A DNA stretch of 64,000 nt from Alkalispirochaeta sp. (GTDB taxonomy: Bacteria; Spirochaetota; Spirochaetia; DSM-27196; Alkalispirochaetaceae), in NCBI GenBank assembly GCA_965242725.1, contig CBDESZ010000025.1, positions 64,001-128,000 of the forward strand, in the 5' to 3' direction. The notes beneath the pieces are model-generated. The model saw nothing but the letters and a program-made list of their open reading frames with translations, was not told the origin of the DNA and did not search any database. The position numbers and the translations under genes are program-made. Below, one piece after another: positions 14,501 to 25,164 of the stretch. Every line of letters starts with the position of its first letter. The stretch's first letter is position 1.

Positions 14501-17500
14501 TTGGAATCTCGCGGTGGCGGACAACACCGACGCCGACCCCTACGCTGATTCCAATTACCTCTGGGGCCAGCCATATTCGGTATTCCTCCACGGTGAGGTC
14601 TCCCGTTCGCAAATATCAAATCCGCTGTCCGGTTCCATTGCGGCGGCCGTAGTTGCCGCCGGTCATACCAATAACGGTGTCGCTCCCAATAGTGATAGCG
14701 GTGATACAAACACTGAGTGGGCATGGAACGGCGGCTCCCCGATACCCGGATGGGACTTCCTCGCTCCACGGATAGCCAGCGCCGCCATCCGGAAAGACGA
14801 CGTCATCCACCTTCAGCTGAACACCTACGTGACCAATCTCGACACCGATACGGGCACGTCCGGATGGCAGGGGGCAATTAACGATCGGACACCGATGGTG
14901 CAATACGACGGTGACTCGATTGCGTTTGACTCGGCATGGAAGGATGAACTCCTGACTGCCACAACCGACGACTCGCCCCCCGCCGCCCTGGACCGCCTTC
15001 TTTTTTCGTACCACCGGCGTCAGGTGGAGATACAGACGCAACCGCGTACAAGTGCCAGCGCGTCCCCGGGCGGAAACGGCACCGACAGGACGGGCTCCCA
15101 GCAAACGACGGTTCCCGATATTTCCTGGACCAAGGGCATCTTTCACAGCGCAGGCGGCAGAAACCCCGCAATCAACTACAATCGGGAACGGGCGAACGCC
15201 GCTCCGGCCCAACCGGCGCCGGTTTGGGACGGAACGGTCGATGAGGCGGGTCCGGTACTCCACACAATAGAGTACGGCCGTGCCGCCAGCCCCGCCCAGA
15301 CAAATCCTGGCCGACCCTATGACGGCCATAACTTCTTCCACCTCTACTATTCGGAGCCGGTACAGATCGGTACGGCGACCTGGGGCGGTGGACAGCTTAC
15401 CACTGCGGAAAATGCTCAAAGCGCAACCGCTCTCTCCGCCGCCGCCGGGGAGGTCGGCGGCGATATCCGCGATTCCGCCGACCAGAGCGGCGCGACCGGG
15501 CGCTGGACGGACGTGGTTGGGTATTTCCGTTACGACGCCACGTTGAACGGCGCCGTGATGCAACGCGGTACCCGTCCGGGAATCACACCCCCCGTACCTG
15601 CCGGAACGGCCAACGCCCTCTATCGGGCCGATTCAAACGAGCCCGCCGTTTTTACGGATGCACCTGCCCCGATGACTTCGGTTTCCCAGGATCAGCAACT
15701 GCGCATCTATCTATCGGGATACAGTATCGGCGGCGACGGGGACCGCTTCCCCGGCTGGCACGCCAACGTTCCCGATCCGGCGACGGTGACAGATATTGAC
15801 GTGGTCGCAAACAACTTTATTGTCGATCAGGCAGACAACCCGGTCGATCACACAATCGACACTGCCGTAACACGGGTCCGCGAAACGACCTACGGCGGGA
15901 ATGTTGCCGCCCCCACGCCGGATGCAGTCGCCGACTGGCTTACCGGCTGGGACGTCGACGGGCCGACCATATCGACATATCAGGTAGAGACACCGGTGGA
16001 AGACAGCAAGTATGAAATCATCACACAGGCGACCGGCGATCCCAATTTCATGAACCGGTTGGAGATGCACGTTCTTGATAACGCCTCCGTCGATCTGTCC
16101 GCCGCGCCCGATCCGTTGAATCCCGTGGACGGGGGCCTGCCGGAATGGTGGGATCCCGAGAACCTTGCCGCCGATCCCTCGCCGGAAACATCAGACTACA
16201 CGCATCCCAACGACCGATCCAATGAAGGCGTCCGGGATTCCTCCTGGAACTTTCCCGACGGACTGACCGAGCATGACGCCTTCTCTCTGGAGCAGGTTTC
16301 ATCCGATCCTTATAGCCCGGACTTTCCGTTGACGAACGCCTTTAACACGGGTTTCGACACGGCCGTGGACACCATTCTTTTCACCGGCGGCACGCCGATC
16401 AACAGGGCAAACGACTCGTACCTTGCCCTGACGCTGCAGGATTCGGGCCACTCCTGGGGGCCGCAGACAAACGTGTGGGTCGCCTATGACAACACGCAGG
16501 CATACATCACCGACCTAGCCGGAAACCTCCTGCCAAGTACGACCTATCCGCTGCGGACGATCGACCGATCTCCGCCGGGTATCATCCTTTCCCTCGCGAG
16601 TGCCGACCGGGATCGGATGTACGTGAAGTTTTCGGAGCCGGTCTACGGTGACGCCGGCGGCTCGATTCCCATCGATCAGTCGGACCTCACCATCTCCGGC
16701 GGCACGGGGTCCTACGCCGTCACCTCCATTACTGCGGCGGACGGCTCGGGCAGCCTTCTTGGAAAGGCGGAGTTTCTCCTTGACCTGGATGGGCCACTCA
16801 TCGCCGACGATCTTCTGTCGTCAACGATACAGCCCGCCGCCGGCAACGCGATTTACGACGACACCGCGAATCCGATGTCCGCCGCTTCCACCCGCCCGAT
16901 CACCGACGTCCTCCTCGGTGTCGTCAGGCCCGTCTGGGCCACCGACGCCATCGGTATCGGCGATCTGCGCACTGTTCGAACCTTTGACGGCACCGGTCCC
17001 GAACTCGCGACTACCGACATTACCCTGCAGGGTGCCCTCCACGGGGATCTCCCGCCGGCGCTTCCTGTCCGTCTCTATTACGACCTGGAAGTCCCGGCGG
17101 CGCGGAAGGTCGGGGACTACTGGACCGCCGTAACTGCTCCGGGACTGCAACCGACGCCGAACGGTGACGCCCGGAATCTCGCACCCATCGAAACCAACGG
17201 GGCTTTGCGGACCTTCGTCATTCCCGGCAGCGACGCGGAAGTCGCCGAAGGTGGAACGCTGGAATTCCAGTTCACCCTGGAGGTCGGAGGAAACGAGAAG
17301 AACACCGCCCGCCTCACCGACGCCGATGATCCCCGTACCATTGCGCCGTGGATACTCAACCTCGGACTGGGATACATCCCGCAACGCGGCGGCGTTACCA
17401 TTCTCAATAACGTCATCTATCCTGAACGGGACGAGAGTTCGATCCTTCTGTACGAAATCGACCGTCCGGGCATCGTGACGATACACGTCTTCACCCTCGA

Positions 17501-17672
17501 CGGGAGCATCGTCCGCACCCTTCAACGGGGACGGCTGGGCAGCGGTGAATACCGCACCGCCTGGGACGGCCGCAATAACAGCGGGGCGATCGTCGCCCGG
17601 GGAATCTACTTCATTCGAATCGTCGCGCCGGGCATCGACGAGTACCGCAAAGTCATCGTCGCCAAGGATTGA
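14455..17672 (+). CDS. C-terminal part of the giant surface protein, ending in an FlgD-Ig-like/T9SS-CTD-like domain
   Basis: ORF 14193..17672 reads as protein from GDFYVNGLDL onward. It ends QRGGVTILNNVIYP...IHVFTLDGSIVRTL...AWDGRNNSGAIVARGIYFIRI...RKVIVAKD. Confidence 0.85.
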
Positions 17673-17694
17673 CGCCGCAGTCGCCACACCTCCG

Positions 17695-18708
17695 CTACAG
17701 CCACTCCACCGTCACCGCCACACCCGTGGTGGCGCCGGTGATAGTCACCGGCTTCCACACTTCCTCCCAGAGGGACGAGCTCTCGGTGACCACGGTGGAA
17801 CTGAGCCAGCGCCACTTCATGGGGAAGACGCCGTTCAGGGCGGTGTACGCTCCGGTAAAGGGATCGACGTAGGTGACGTATGGACCGGAAAAGCGCCATC
17901 CCGTCTCGCCCGCCATTGACGAAACCGCGCAGGTTGCCTCACCGGACCAGGCGCCGCCGGCAATGTCCAGATCGATCGTCGCGTAGGACGTGTCACCGTC
18001 CATTCGGTGCTGGGCAAGGCAGGTACTGGAATCGTCGGCGGGAGTGAGGGTCAGCAGCGGATTGTTGGTATTGCCCGAAACCGAGGCGGTAAAGGTCCCG
18101 CCCGCCGTCACCTCGGTCGACCATTCAATTGTGTGGGATATCGTCTGCAGTGTGACGTGGGCATCGGTGACTGCATCGGCGGTTACCTCCACGGGCGTCG
18201 CCGTTGCCCCCGAGCCGAGGAGCGTCGCCGTGGTTCCCGCCTTTTTGCCCGCCAGGACGAGGACGCGATACAGACCCGGCAACAATTCAAACTCCACCGT
18301 CGGTGCCTCACTCACCGGCAGCTCGATCGTCTGTTCCGCCGCAACGACGGGAATATCGGCGATCTCGGGTGCCACCGGTACGGATGAGGCTTCGAGAACG
18401 ACGATTTCCACCACGTCCGCAGCCGCGATCGCCGAGGGCGTGTCCACCGCCAGCGTACCTACCGATGAGCCAAATCCATCGGGCAGGTGGAGGGCGAGGG
18501 TGCCCCTGCCTCGGTCTACGCCGGGTACGGCCCCGCCTGGTCCGCCTCCAGTGCCTCCGCCGTCCCGCGGAGAGCTTCCGTCCCCGGGAATACCGCATCC
18601 AGCGGCGACGCCTATGACGCACGCCGCAACAACCACCGCCGCCAGCCGGCGCATCAGTACAGCCCGTGCCGGTTTCACTCCGGTCCCGTGAGAAAAAAGA
18701 ACTTCCAT
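17695..18708 (-). CDS. Hypothetical lipoprotein, beta-rich
   Basis: AAGGAGG lies 5 nt before the ATG at 18708. Signal MRRLAAVVVAACVIGVAAG-C is followed by a Gly/Pro linker. Confidence 0.65.
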   Translation of the reverse strand: MEVLFSHGTGVKPARAVLMRRLAAVVVAACVIGVAAGCGIPGDGSSPRDGGGTGGGPGGAVPGVDRGRGTLALHLPDGFGSSVGTLAVDTPSAIAAADVVEIVVLEASSVPVAPEIADIPVVAAEQTIELPVSEAPTVEFELLPGLYRVLVLAGKKAGTTATLLGSGATATPVEVTADAVTDAHVTLQTISHTIEWSTEVTAGGTFTASVSGNTNNPLLTLTPADDSSTCLAQHRMDGDTSYATIDLDIAGGAWSGEATCAVSSMAGETGWRFSGPYVTYVDPFTGAYTALNGVFPMKWRWLSSTVVTESSSLWEEVWKPVTITGATTGVAVTVEWL

Positions 18709-19050
18709 GACCGCCTCCTTCACATGTGTGTATCGAATATGCCTGCCGATACCCACCGCCCCTTTGAGGTGGTCGCTTGAGTTGGTCATGGGATGAATGG
18801 TTATTGATGTGCCTGCTCTGAATCTATCGCCTGTTCCATCTGCGGATCGGGCTCGTTCCCATCATCCCGGAATGCATGCACATAGTTGTCCAGAATCGTC
18901 CGGTCCGGCACGGTGACGCGTCCGATTTCATGGAGACAGGAAATCTCCAGCCGCACAATGGGTGAATATACAGGGCGTGCATGATCCAATGCCGCGCCGC
19001 CGAACCCGGCCATCCTCGAACAATCCCGTCTCCTGTTGTATAATCCTCCC

Positions 19051-19761
19051 GTGCGCGTATTAGTGATTGAAGATGACTCAACCATCGCCCGTTATCTCAA
19101 AAAGGGTCTCGGCGAGGCGGGCTATCGCGTGGATCACCTTTCCACCGCGGAGGAGGCTCTCGGCGCCGCCACCCTCAATGAGTATGACGTCCTGGTGGTG
19201 GATCTCATGCTGCCCGGCAAGGACGGTCTGTGGCTCATCGGAGAGCTCAGGGATCGGCGCGTCAGGACGCCCATCATGATCCTCAGCGCGCGACAGACGG
19301 TGGACGACCGCATCACCGGTCTGCGCGCCGGCGGCGACGACTATCTCACTAAGCCCTTCTCCTTTTCCGAGCTCCAGGCGCGCCTGGAGGCGCTTATACG
19401 CCGTTCCGGGCTGGGTGAAAATGAACGGAACGTCACCGAAGCGCACCGCACGGTGACGTCACTTTCCGAGGGAGATATCGAGCTTGACCTCCTGTCCCGT
19501 CAGGTACGGCGACAGGGCAGCGCGGTGGAGCTCCAGCCCCGGGAGTTTTCCCTTCTTGAGTTTTTTCTCCGTCATCCCGGGCAGGTTCTCACCAAAACGA
19601 TGATCCTCGAGCATGTGTGGAGCTACGATTTCGATCCCCAGACAAATGTGGTGGACGTCCTCGTCTCACGGCTGCGGTCCAAGATTGACCGCGATTTTGA
19701 ACCCAAGGTGATTCACACCGTTCGCGGTGTGGGGTATGTCTTCAAGCCCGAGGGAGCGTGA
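19051..19761 (+). CDS. OmpR/PhoB-family response regulator (CusR/CzcR-like)
   Basis: Receiver motifs LVIEDD, DLMLP and DDYLTKPF; winged helix NVVDVLVSRLRSKID...IHTVRGVGY. Confidence 0.95.
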   Translation: MRVLVIEDDSTIARYLKKGLGEAGYRVDHLSTAEEALGAATLNEYDVLVVDLMLPGKDGLWLIGELRDRRVRTPIMILSARQTVDDRITGLRAGGDDYLTKPFSFSELQARLEALIRRSGLGENERNVTEAHRTVTSLSEGDIELDLLSRQVRRQGSAVELQPREFSLLEFFLRHPGQVLTKTMILEHVWSYDFDPQTNVVDVLVSRLRSKIDRDFEPKVIHTVRGVGYVFKPEGA

Positions 19762-21179
19762 TGGAACGACGTCAGTCATCAACGCCCGGAGCGGCCCTTC
19801 CCGGCGTGAGCATTCGCGTCCGCCTCACCCTGGTCTATACCGCGGTGGCCACCCTCGGTGTGGTGCTTATCTTCGGGCTCACCTTCTTCTCCCTCTACCG
19901 TACGCTGAAACAGGATGAACTGCGGGACATGCAGCAGCGCCTCCTGAGTTACTGGGCCCAGTTCCAGACGGGCGGCGTGGAACTCCTGCGGGAGCAGATT
20001 CAGGTGGATAACCTGGTGGTGGGGGAGCGACCCTTTGTGGTACGCCTGGCCGACCGCGCCAACGAGACCCTCTTCTTCAGCTATCCCCAGGTGTGGGAGA
20101 GCTTTTCCGTCTCCCGCCTTGAAGTGCTCCCCCTCGACGGGGAGGGGCTGATCGTCCTCAACTCTCCGGATTACGAGTTCGCAATCGAGGTGGGCGGGCT
20201 GTGGCTCTCCGACGACTACTACCTGCAGCTCGGCCTCTCCACGGAAACACGGACGCGGCTCCTCGCCCTCTTTCGACGCAACTTCGTCCTCATCGCGGTG
20301 GTGGTGGTGATCGCCGGTTTCGTGGTGGGCCTCATTATCGCGGGACGCGCCTTCCGGCCTATCGCCCGGGTTACCCGGGTTGCCCAGCAGATCGTCGATA
20401 CGGGACGCCTCGACGCCCGGGTGGAACCAGGAGCCGGTGCCGACGAGCTGAGCCACCTTGTCCATTTGATGAACCGCATGCTCGACCGTATCAGCACGCT
20501 TGTGGACAGTATGCGGGATACCGTCGACATGGTTGCCCACGATTTGCGCACTCCCATTACGCGCCTCCGGGCGCAGGCGGAACTGGCGTTGCGGGACGGA
20601 TCGCCGGAGGAGATGGAAGGCGCGCTGGCGGGGACGGTGGAACAGTCCGATGAGATCCTCAGGCTGGTGAACACGCTCCTCGATATCACGGAGGCGGAAA
20701 GCGGAGTGATGCGGTTGAATTACCAGCGGATCGAGCTGCCTGCGCTCCTCAACGAAGTTCGAAATTTATATGAAATGGTTGCAGAAGAGCGGGGGATTAC
20801 AATCGAGATCTCCGGTGACGACGGCGCGATCGTGGAGGCGGACCGGCTGCGGCTGCGACAGGTGGTGACCAACCTGGTGGACAATGCGGTGAAGTATTGC
20901 CGCGAGAACGGCCGTGTCACCCTCCGGGCCGAACGTGTGGAAGGGGCGGTGCGTATTCACGTGGCGGATACGGGTCCCGGCCTTGATCCCGATGAGCGCG
21001 ACCGTGTCTGGGATCGCATGTACCGCGGCCCCATCCAGCCCGCCCAGCGCGGCCTCGGCCTGGGCCTGAGTCTCGTGAAGGCGGTGACCGCCGCCCACGG
21101 CGGCCGGGCGTGGGTTGAATCGGCGCGCGGGGAAGGCGCGGAATTTGTAGTGGAGCTCCCTGAAAGGATTGTCAAGTGA
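19761..21179 (+). CDS. HAMP-domain sensor histidine kinase
   Basis: Two TM segments, HAMP, H-box AHDLRTP, N-box NLVDNAVKY, DTGPG, GLGLGL. Confidence 0.95.
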   Translation: MERRQSSTPGAALPGVSIRVRLTLVYTAVATLGVVLIFGLTFFSLYRTLKQDELRDMQQRLLSYWAQFQTGGVELLREQIQVDNLVVGERPFVVRLADRANETLFFSYPQVWESFSVSRLEVLPLDGEGLIVLNSPDYEFAIEVGGLWLSDDYYLQLGLSTETRTRLLALFRRNFVLIAVVVVIAGFVVGLIIAGRAFRPIARVTRVAQQIVDTGRLDARVEPGAGADELSHLVHLMNRMLDRISTLVDSMRDTVDMVAHDLRTPITRLRAQAELALRDGSPEEMEGALAGTVEQSDEILRLVNTLLDITEAESGVMRLNYQRIELPALLNEVRNLYEMVAEERGITIEISGDDGAIVEADRLRLRQVVTNLVDNAVKYCRENGRVTLRAERVEGAVRIHVADTGPGLDPDERDRVWDRMYRGPIQPAQRGLGLGLSLVKAVTAAHGGRAWVESARGEGAEFVVELPERIVK

Positions 21180-21469
21180 GTGTGTTTGAAATCATCATGC
21201 TGGTCTGTTTTGGACTGGCCTGGCCTTTTTCCATTCGGAAATCTCTGAAGACGAGGGAGGTCGGCTCCAAGAGCATGGTCTTCCTCTTTGCCCTGCTCAT
21301 CGGGTATGTGGCGGGGATTCTCCATAAGCTCTTTTACCTTATGGACGGCGTCATCGTCCTCTACATTCTCAACGGCACGATGGTCTCCATAGACATCGTT
21401 CTTACATACAGAAATCGGCTCTATCAGATTCGGCGCAGCCTGCACGCTGCGGAAGGGGAGGCTCATTGA
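21176..21469 (+). CDS. Small membrane protein (PQ-loop/SemiSWEET-like)
   Basis: 97 aa with about three hydrophobic helices, FEIIMLVCFGLAWPFSI; overlaps the kinase stop codon. Confidence 0.6.
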   Translation: MSVFEIIMLVCFGLAWPFSIRKSLKTREVGSKSMVFLFALLIGYVAGILHKLFYLMDGVIVLYILNGTMVSIDIVLTYRNRLYQIRRSLHAAEGEAH

Positions 21470-22008
21470 TGATTCTCTACGGCAGTCGATACGGTTCCGT
21501 GCGGGAATACGCCGGGTGGGTCCGGGAGGCGGGGGAAAAGGCGGCCGCCGGTGAGGGCGGTGACACGACGCCTTTTCGTACCTTCGACCTCAGGAAGGAG
21601 CGCGGACGCGCCTGGGACGCCGTGCGGGGCGGAAATTCCGACGAGCCGATCGTCGTTCTGGCGCCGGTCTACGCGGGACAGATTTACTCGGCGGTGAAGT
21701 CATTTCTGGAAATGCATATGGAAGAGATTCGCCGTCATCCCCTGGCCCTTGGCATCACCACACTCTATCAGGGTGAACAGGCCGAGGAGGAGATGATCGC
21801 CGGATATCCGCCGGCGTTGATCGCCCACGCGTCGGCGCGGTTCTTTATCGGGGGGCGTATCCGTCCCAACGAACTGCCCTTCTTCATACGCCTGGTGGTG
21901 AAAAAGATCACCGGGAACGATGAAGAGATCGATACCCTCAACCGCGATGCGATCCCGGACATCGTGGCGTGGATTCGGGGGGCGTCGGGGAGTGAGTCCC
22001 CGACGTAA
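21466..22008 (+). CDS. Flavodoxin-domain protein (HemG-like, Flavodoxin_5)
   Basis: ILYGSRYGSVREYA FMN loop, APVYAG, and C-terminal FFIGGRI...FFIRLVVK...DTLNRDAI. Confidence 0.75.
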   Translation: MMILYGSRYGSVREYAGWVREAGEKAAAGEGGDTTPFRTFDLRKERGRAWDAVRGGNSDEPIVVLAPVYAGQIYSAVKSFLEMHMEEIRRHPLALGITTLYQGEQAEEEMIAGYPPALIAHASARFFIGGRIRPNELPFFIRLVVKKITGNDEEIDTLNRDAIPDIVAWIRGASGSESPT

Positions 22009-22043
22009 CACGTTCGTGAATACATACCCCGGGCTCCCAAGCC

Positions 22044-22979
22044 CTATGATTGCTCGATGTGCCGATGGTATGCGCTCAAACCCGCCCGGGCGCCCTCGCC
22101 GAGGGCGACGAGAATCTGTTCGATTCCGACGGTGGTGACGTCGCCGGCGGCAAAGATCCGGGGATGACTCGTTTCGTTCCGTTCATTGATCCTGATCGCC
22201 CCGCGGGGCGTGCAGTCGACGACGTCCGCCACAAGGACGGAGTTGGGCCGGGGATCCCGCTCTACGAAGAAGGCATCGGCGCCTATTGTCTTCTGAGGCG
22301 CACACTCCTCCTTGTGGGCGTCACCGCGGCATATGGTGATACTCCGGGCGAAGGTGTCGCCCTCCACCCGTACCGGGCGGTAACCGTTGTAGACCGCCAC
22401 CACTTCCCGGCGCGCCACCATTTCCAGATGGTGATGGGAGTATTCCGCATGGGGTTCCAGGACGAGGGAGACCGCAGAGCATTGCTCGGCACACTCCATC
22501 GCCGCCTCGATCGCCCTGTCGGAGTCACCGATGACGACGGCGTGTCGATCCCGCAGAAGGTGGGAATAACTGATGGCGCTGCTTCCCAGCCCCTTGCCGA
22601 AAAATTCCCGCTCGCCGGGAATCCCCATCGGTGTCGGCGTCGTACCCGTCGCCACGACGAGATACTCCGTATCCAGACGGGTCGGAGGAGCCCCGGGCTC
22701 GCTGACGGTCACCGCAAAGCCGCCTTCGATCTCCTTCACGGCGGTCACCTTCGCCTTGCGCCACGTGTGGTCGAGATACTCGATGCGCCCCTGAAAGGTC
22801 TGTACCTGTTCCCGTGCCTTGACGATGTGATACTCGCTCATGTCGGGGAGATTGAAACTCAGCGTTGACTTTCCACCCAGGGTCGTTGTGATGAGCTGGA
22901 TGTCCATGCCTTTTCTGATGCAATACATCGTTGCCGCCAGCCCCGCCGGGCCGCCGCCGATGACCACTACCTCGTACAT
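22044..22979 (-). CDS. Thioredoxin-reductase-like FAD oxidoreductase lacking CxxC
   Basis: VVVIGGGPAG, VVATG and IFAAGDVT are present. The CxxC position reads GSSAISYS and the NADPH loop reads VIGDSDRA. Confidence 0.85.
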   Translation of the reverse strand: MYEVVVIGGGPAGLAATMYCIRKGMDIQLITTTLGGKSTLSFNLPDMSEYHIVKAREQVQTFQGRIEYLDHTWRKAKVTAVKEIEGGFAVTVSEPGAPPTRLDTEYLVVATGTTPTPMGIPGEREFFGKGLGSSAISYSHLLRDRHAVVIGDSDRAIEAAMECAEQCSAVSLVLEPHAEYSHHHLEMVARREVVAVYNGYRPVRVEGDTFARSITICRGDAHKEECAPQKTIGADAFFVERDPRPNSVLVADVVDCTPRGAIRINERNETSHPRIFAAGDVTTVGIEQILVALGEGARAGLSAYHRHIEQS

Positions 22980-22989
22980 AGCTGCTCCT

Positions 22990-24375
22990 TTATTCCCCGG
23001 CCGGGCGGCCCGGCGGGGTATCCGGTGCCGGCAGGATCACACCGTGTTCCATGAGGATTTCCGTCATGCGACGGCTCCGTTCGATTCGCGCCAGCGCCAT
23101 TGACTTCAGCGTGTCTCCGTCCAGGTTTCGGCCCGCGATTCCCTGTTCCTGTGCCGTCATGCCCACCGCTGCGGCGATGTCGCCGAACAGATCCCACTCC
23201 TCCATGGTGGGCATGATGCGCTCGGGACCGAAGTCGACGTGCCGGCGAGCCCTTTGGGCGATGGCGTCGGCAGCTGCAAAGCACATCTCGTCGGTGATCG
23301 TCCGGGCCCGGACGTCCAGTGTTCCCCTGAAAATGCCGGGAAAACAGATAGAGTTGTTGACCTGATTGGGAAAATCACTCCGCCCCGTGGCGACCACCGC
23401 CGCTCCCGCTTCCCGTGCCTCCCACGGCCATATTTCAGGCACCGGATTGGCCTCGGGAAAGACGATCGGGTCGGCGTTCATCCTCTTGATCCACTCGGGG
23501 AGGATTGTACCGGGACCGGGGGTGGAGAGAGATATGACCACGTCGGCTCCCTCCAGCGCCTCCGGGATTCCCCCGCTGCGCCGTTCGCTGTTTGTCATTT
23601 CAGCGAGGCGCCACTTTTCGGGATATTCGTTGCGGTTGCGCCGCAGGTCCTCCCGATCGGTGTGGAGGATTCCGCGGCTGTCGTTCACGGTGCAGCGTGC
23701 CGGGTCCGCTCCGCGGGCAAATATCAACCGGGCGCAGGCGACGTTTGCCGCACCGGACCCGATAAAGGCGATGCGCACGTCCTCGATCTTCTTTTGTACG
23801 ATCGAAAGGGCGTTCATGAGACCCGCCAGCGTCACCGTCGCCGTTCCCTGCTGATCGTCGTGCCAGACGGGAATTTCCGCCTGTTCCCGCAGGGTATCGA
23901 GGATGCGAAAGCATTTCGGCTGGGAGATGTCCTCAAGATTGATTCCGCCGAAACTGGGCTGGAGGTTGAGGACTGTGCGTATGATGGAGTCGGGATCGCC
24001 GTCGTTGAGCATGATCGGTACGCTGTCCACACCGCCCAGGTATTTGTAGAGGAGTGCCTTTCCCTCCATCACCGGATAGCCCGCCTTGGCGCCGATATCA
24101 CCCAGACCGAGGACGCGGCTGCCGTCGGAAACGACGGCGACGGTATTCCATCGATTGGTCAGCTCATCGACGAGCTCAGGTTCCGCCGCAATCGCGCGGC
24201 ACGCCTCGGCCACTCCGGGAGAGTACCAGACGGAGAAGTCGTCCATGCCGCGGACGACGCAGCGCGGGGTGGTTTCCATTTTTCCGCCGAAATGTCGATG
24301 CCATTCTACGGCGATGTCGTTCCATTTTTTTGCGTTGTTGAGATCACCGCTGTTGGGAGTATTCTTATTCGACAC
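22990..24375 (-). CDS. NAD(P)-dependent malic enzyme
   Basis: YSPGVA, SDGSRVLGLGDIG, PVMEGKA, INLEDI, HDDQQGTA, ATGRSDFPNQVNN. Confidence 0.95.
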   Translation of the reverse strand: MSNKNTPNSGDLNNAKKWNDIAVEWHRHFGGKMETTPRCVVRGMDDFSVWYSPGVAEACRAIAAEPELVDELTNRWNTVAVVSDGSRVLGLGDIGAKAGYPVMEGKALLYKYLGGVDSVPIMLNDGDPDSIIRTVLNLQPSFGGINLEDISQPKCFRILDTLREQAEIPVWHDDQQGTATVTLAGLMNALSIVQKKIEDVRIAFIGSGAANVACARLIFARGADPARCTVNDSRGILHTDREDLRRNRNEYPEKWRLAEMTNSERRSGGIPEALEGADVVISLSTPGPGTILPEWIKRMNADPIVFPEANPVPEIWPWEAREAGAAVVATGRSDFPNQVNNSICFPGIFRGTLDVRARTITDEMCFAAADAIAQRARRHVDFGPERIMPTMEEWDLFGDIAAAVGMTAQEQGIAGRNLDGDTLKSMALARIERSRRMTEILMEHGVILPAPDTPPGRPAGE

Positions 24376-25162
24376 GGGGCGCCTCGTCGGTCCAGATGCA
24401 GGCGTTGGGATGGTTGAGCATGATGAGTCCCGCCGGATACATCTCCGGCCGCCTGCTCAGTTCATAGAGAATTTCCCGCTTCGCCTGTCCGGGGGCGAAA
24501 AATATCAGCTTTTGAAAGGAGAGCAGGACCTCGGCGCCCAGGGATATTCGTTGTACGCCGCCGTGTTCTCCCGTTTCAAGCGCCGCCCGCCGGGGATCGT
24601 CGGTGAGGAGTTTCCCGTCGCCGATCTGACGCCCCTTGAGATCGTCCGACGGCAGGGCGACCAACTCGGGCGAGAAGAGGCTGGCGGTGTGGCCGTCGGT
24701 GCCGATGCCGAGGATGCCGAGTGCGAAGAGGGCGTTCCGCCGTCCCAGATCGACTACCTGCTCGCCGAAATCGGCGGCCGCCCTGTCTCCGGTTTCGGCG
24801 TTCACGTGAACAAACCGACCGTCCACAAGACCCAGCTTATCGGCCATGGGCCGGATCGTTCCGTAGTTGGACCGGCTGTCCCCTTCCGGCACAAATCGGT
24901 CGTCGGAAAGGAGGAAGTGAGCGGCGGGATGGACCATCCGCGGGGGATGGTCCGCCACGTTGCGGTACACTTCCATAGGGGTGGAACCTCCGGCAAGCAT
25001 GATGACGTATGGTGCCGTCGCCGTCTTGTCGGTGGTGTTGCCGTTTTCGTCGCGGCCGTTGGTATGGTACCCCGGTCCAAATCCGAGATAGTGCCGTATC
25101 TCGTTGAAAAGGGCTTCCGCCGCACGCTGTTCAGTCTCAAACGTTGAAAATTCAACGGCCAC
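24365..25162 (-). CDS. pgl: 6-phosphogluconolactonase
   Basis: LAGGSTP, SDDRFVP...SNY, LGIGTDGHTASLF. GTG start with AAGGAG just downstream of zwf. Confidence 0.9.
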   Translation of the reverse strand: MAVEFSTFETEQRAAEALFNEIRHYLGFGPGYHTNGRDENGNTTDKTATAPYVIMLAGGSTPMEVYRNVADHPPRMVHPAAHFLLSDDRFVPEGDSRSNYGTIRPMADKLGLVDGRFVHVNAETGDRAAADFGEQVVDLGRRNALFALGILGIGTDGHTASLFSPELVALPSDDLKGRQIGDGKLLTDDPRRAALETGEHGGVQRISLGAEVLLSFQKLIFFAPGQAKREILYELSRRPEMYPAGLIMLNHPNACIWTDEAPRVE

Positions 25163-25164
25163 GC

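Noticed and set aside
18801..19085. Small ORFs in the lipoprotein/regulator intergenic region
   Set aside because: No RBS or recognisable features, and they overlap the regulator's promoter and start.
23239..25147. Plus-strand 392-aa ORF and alternate-frame 353-aa ORF over malic enzyme/pgl
   Set aside because: No motifs; they overlap well-supported genes.
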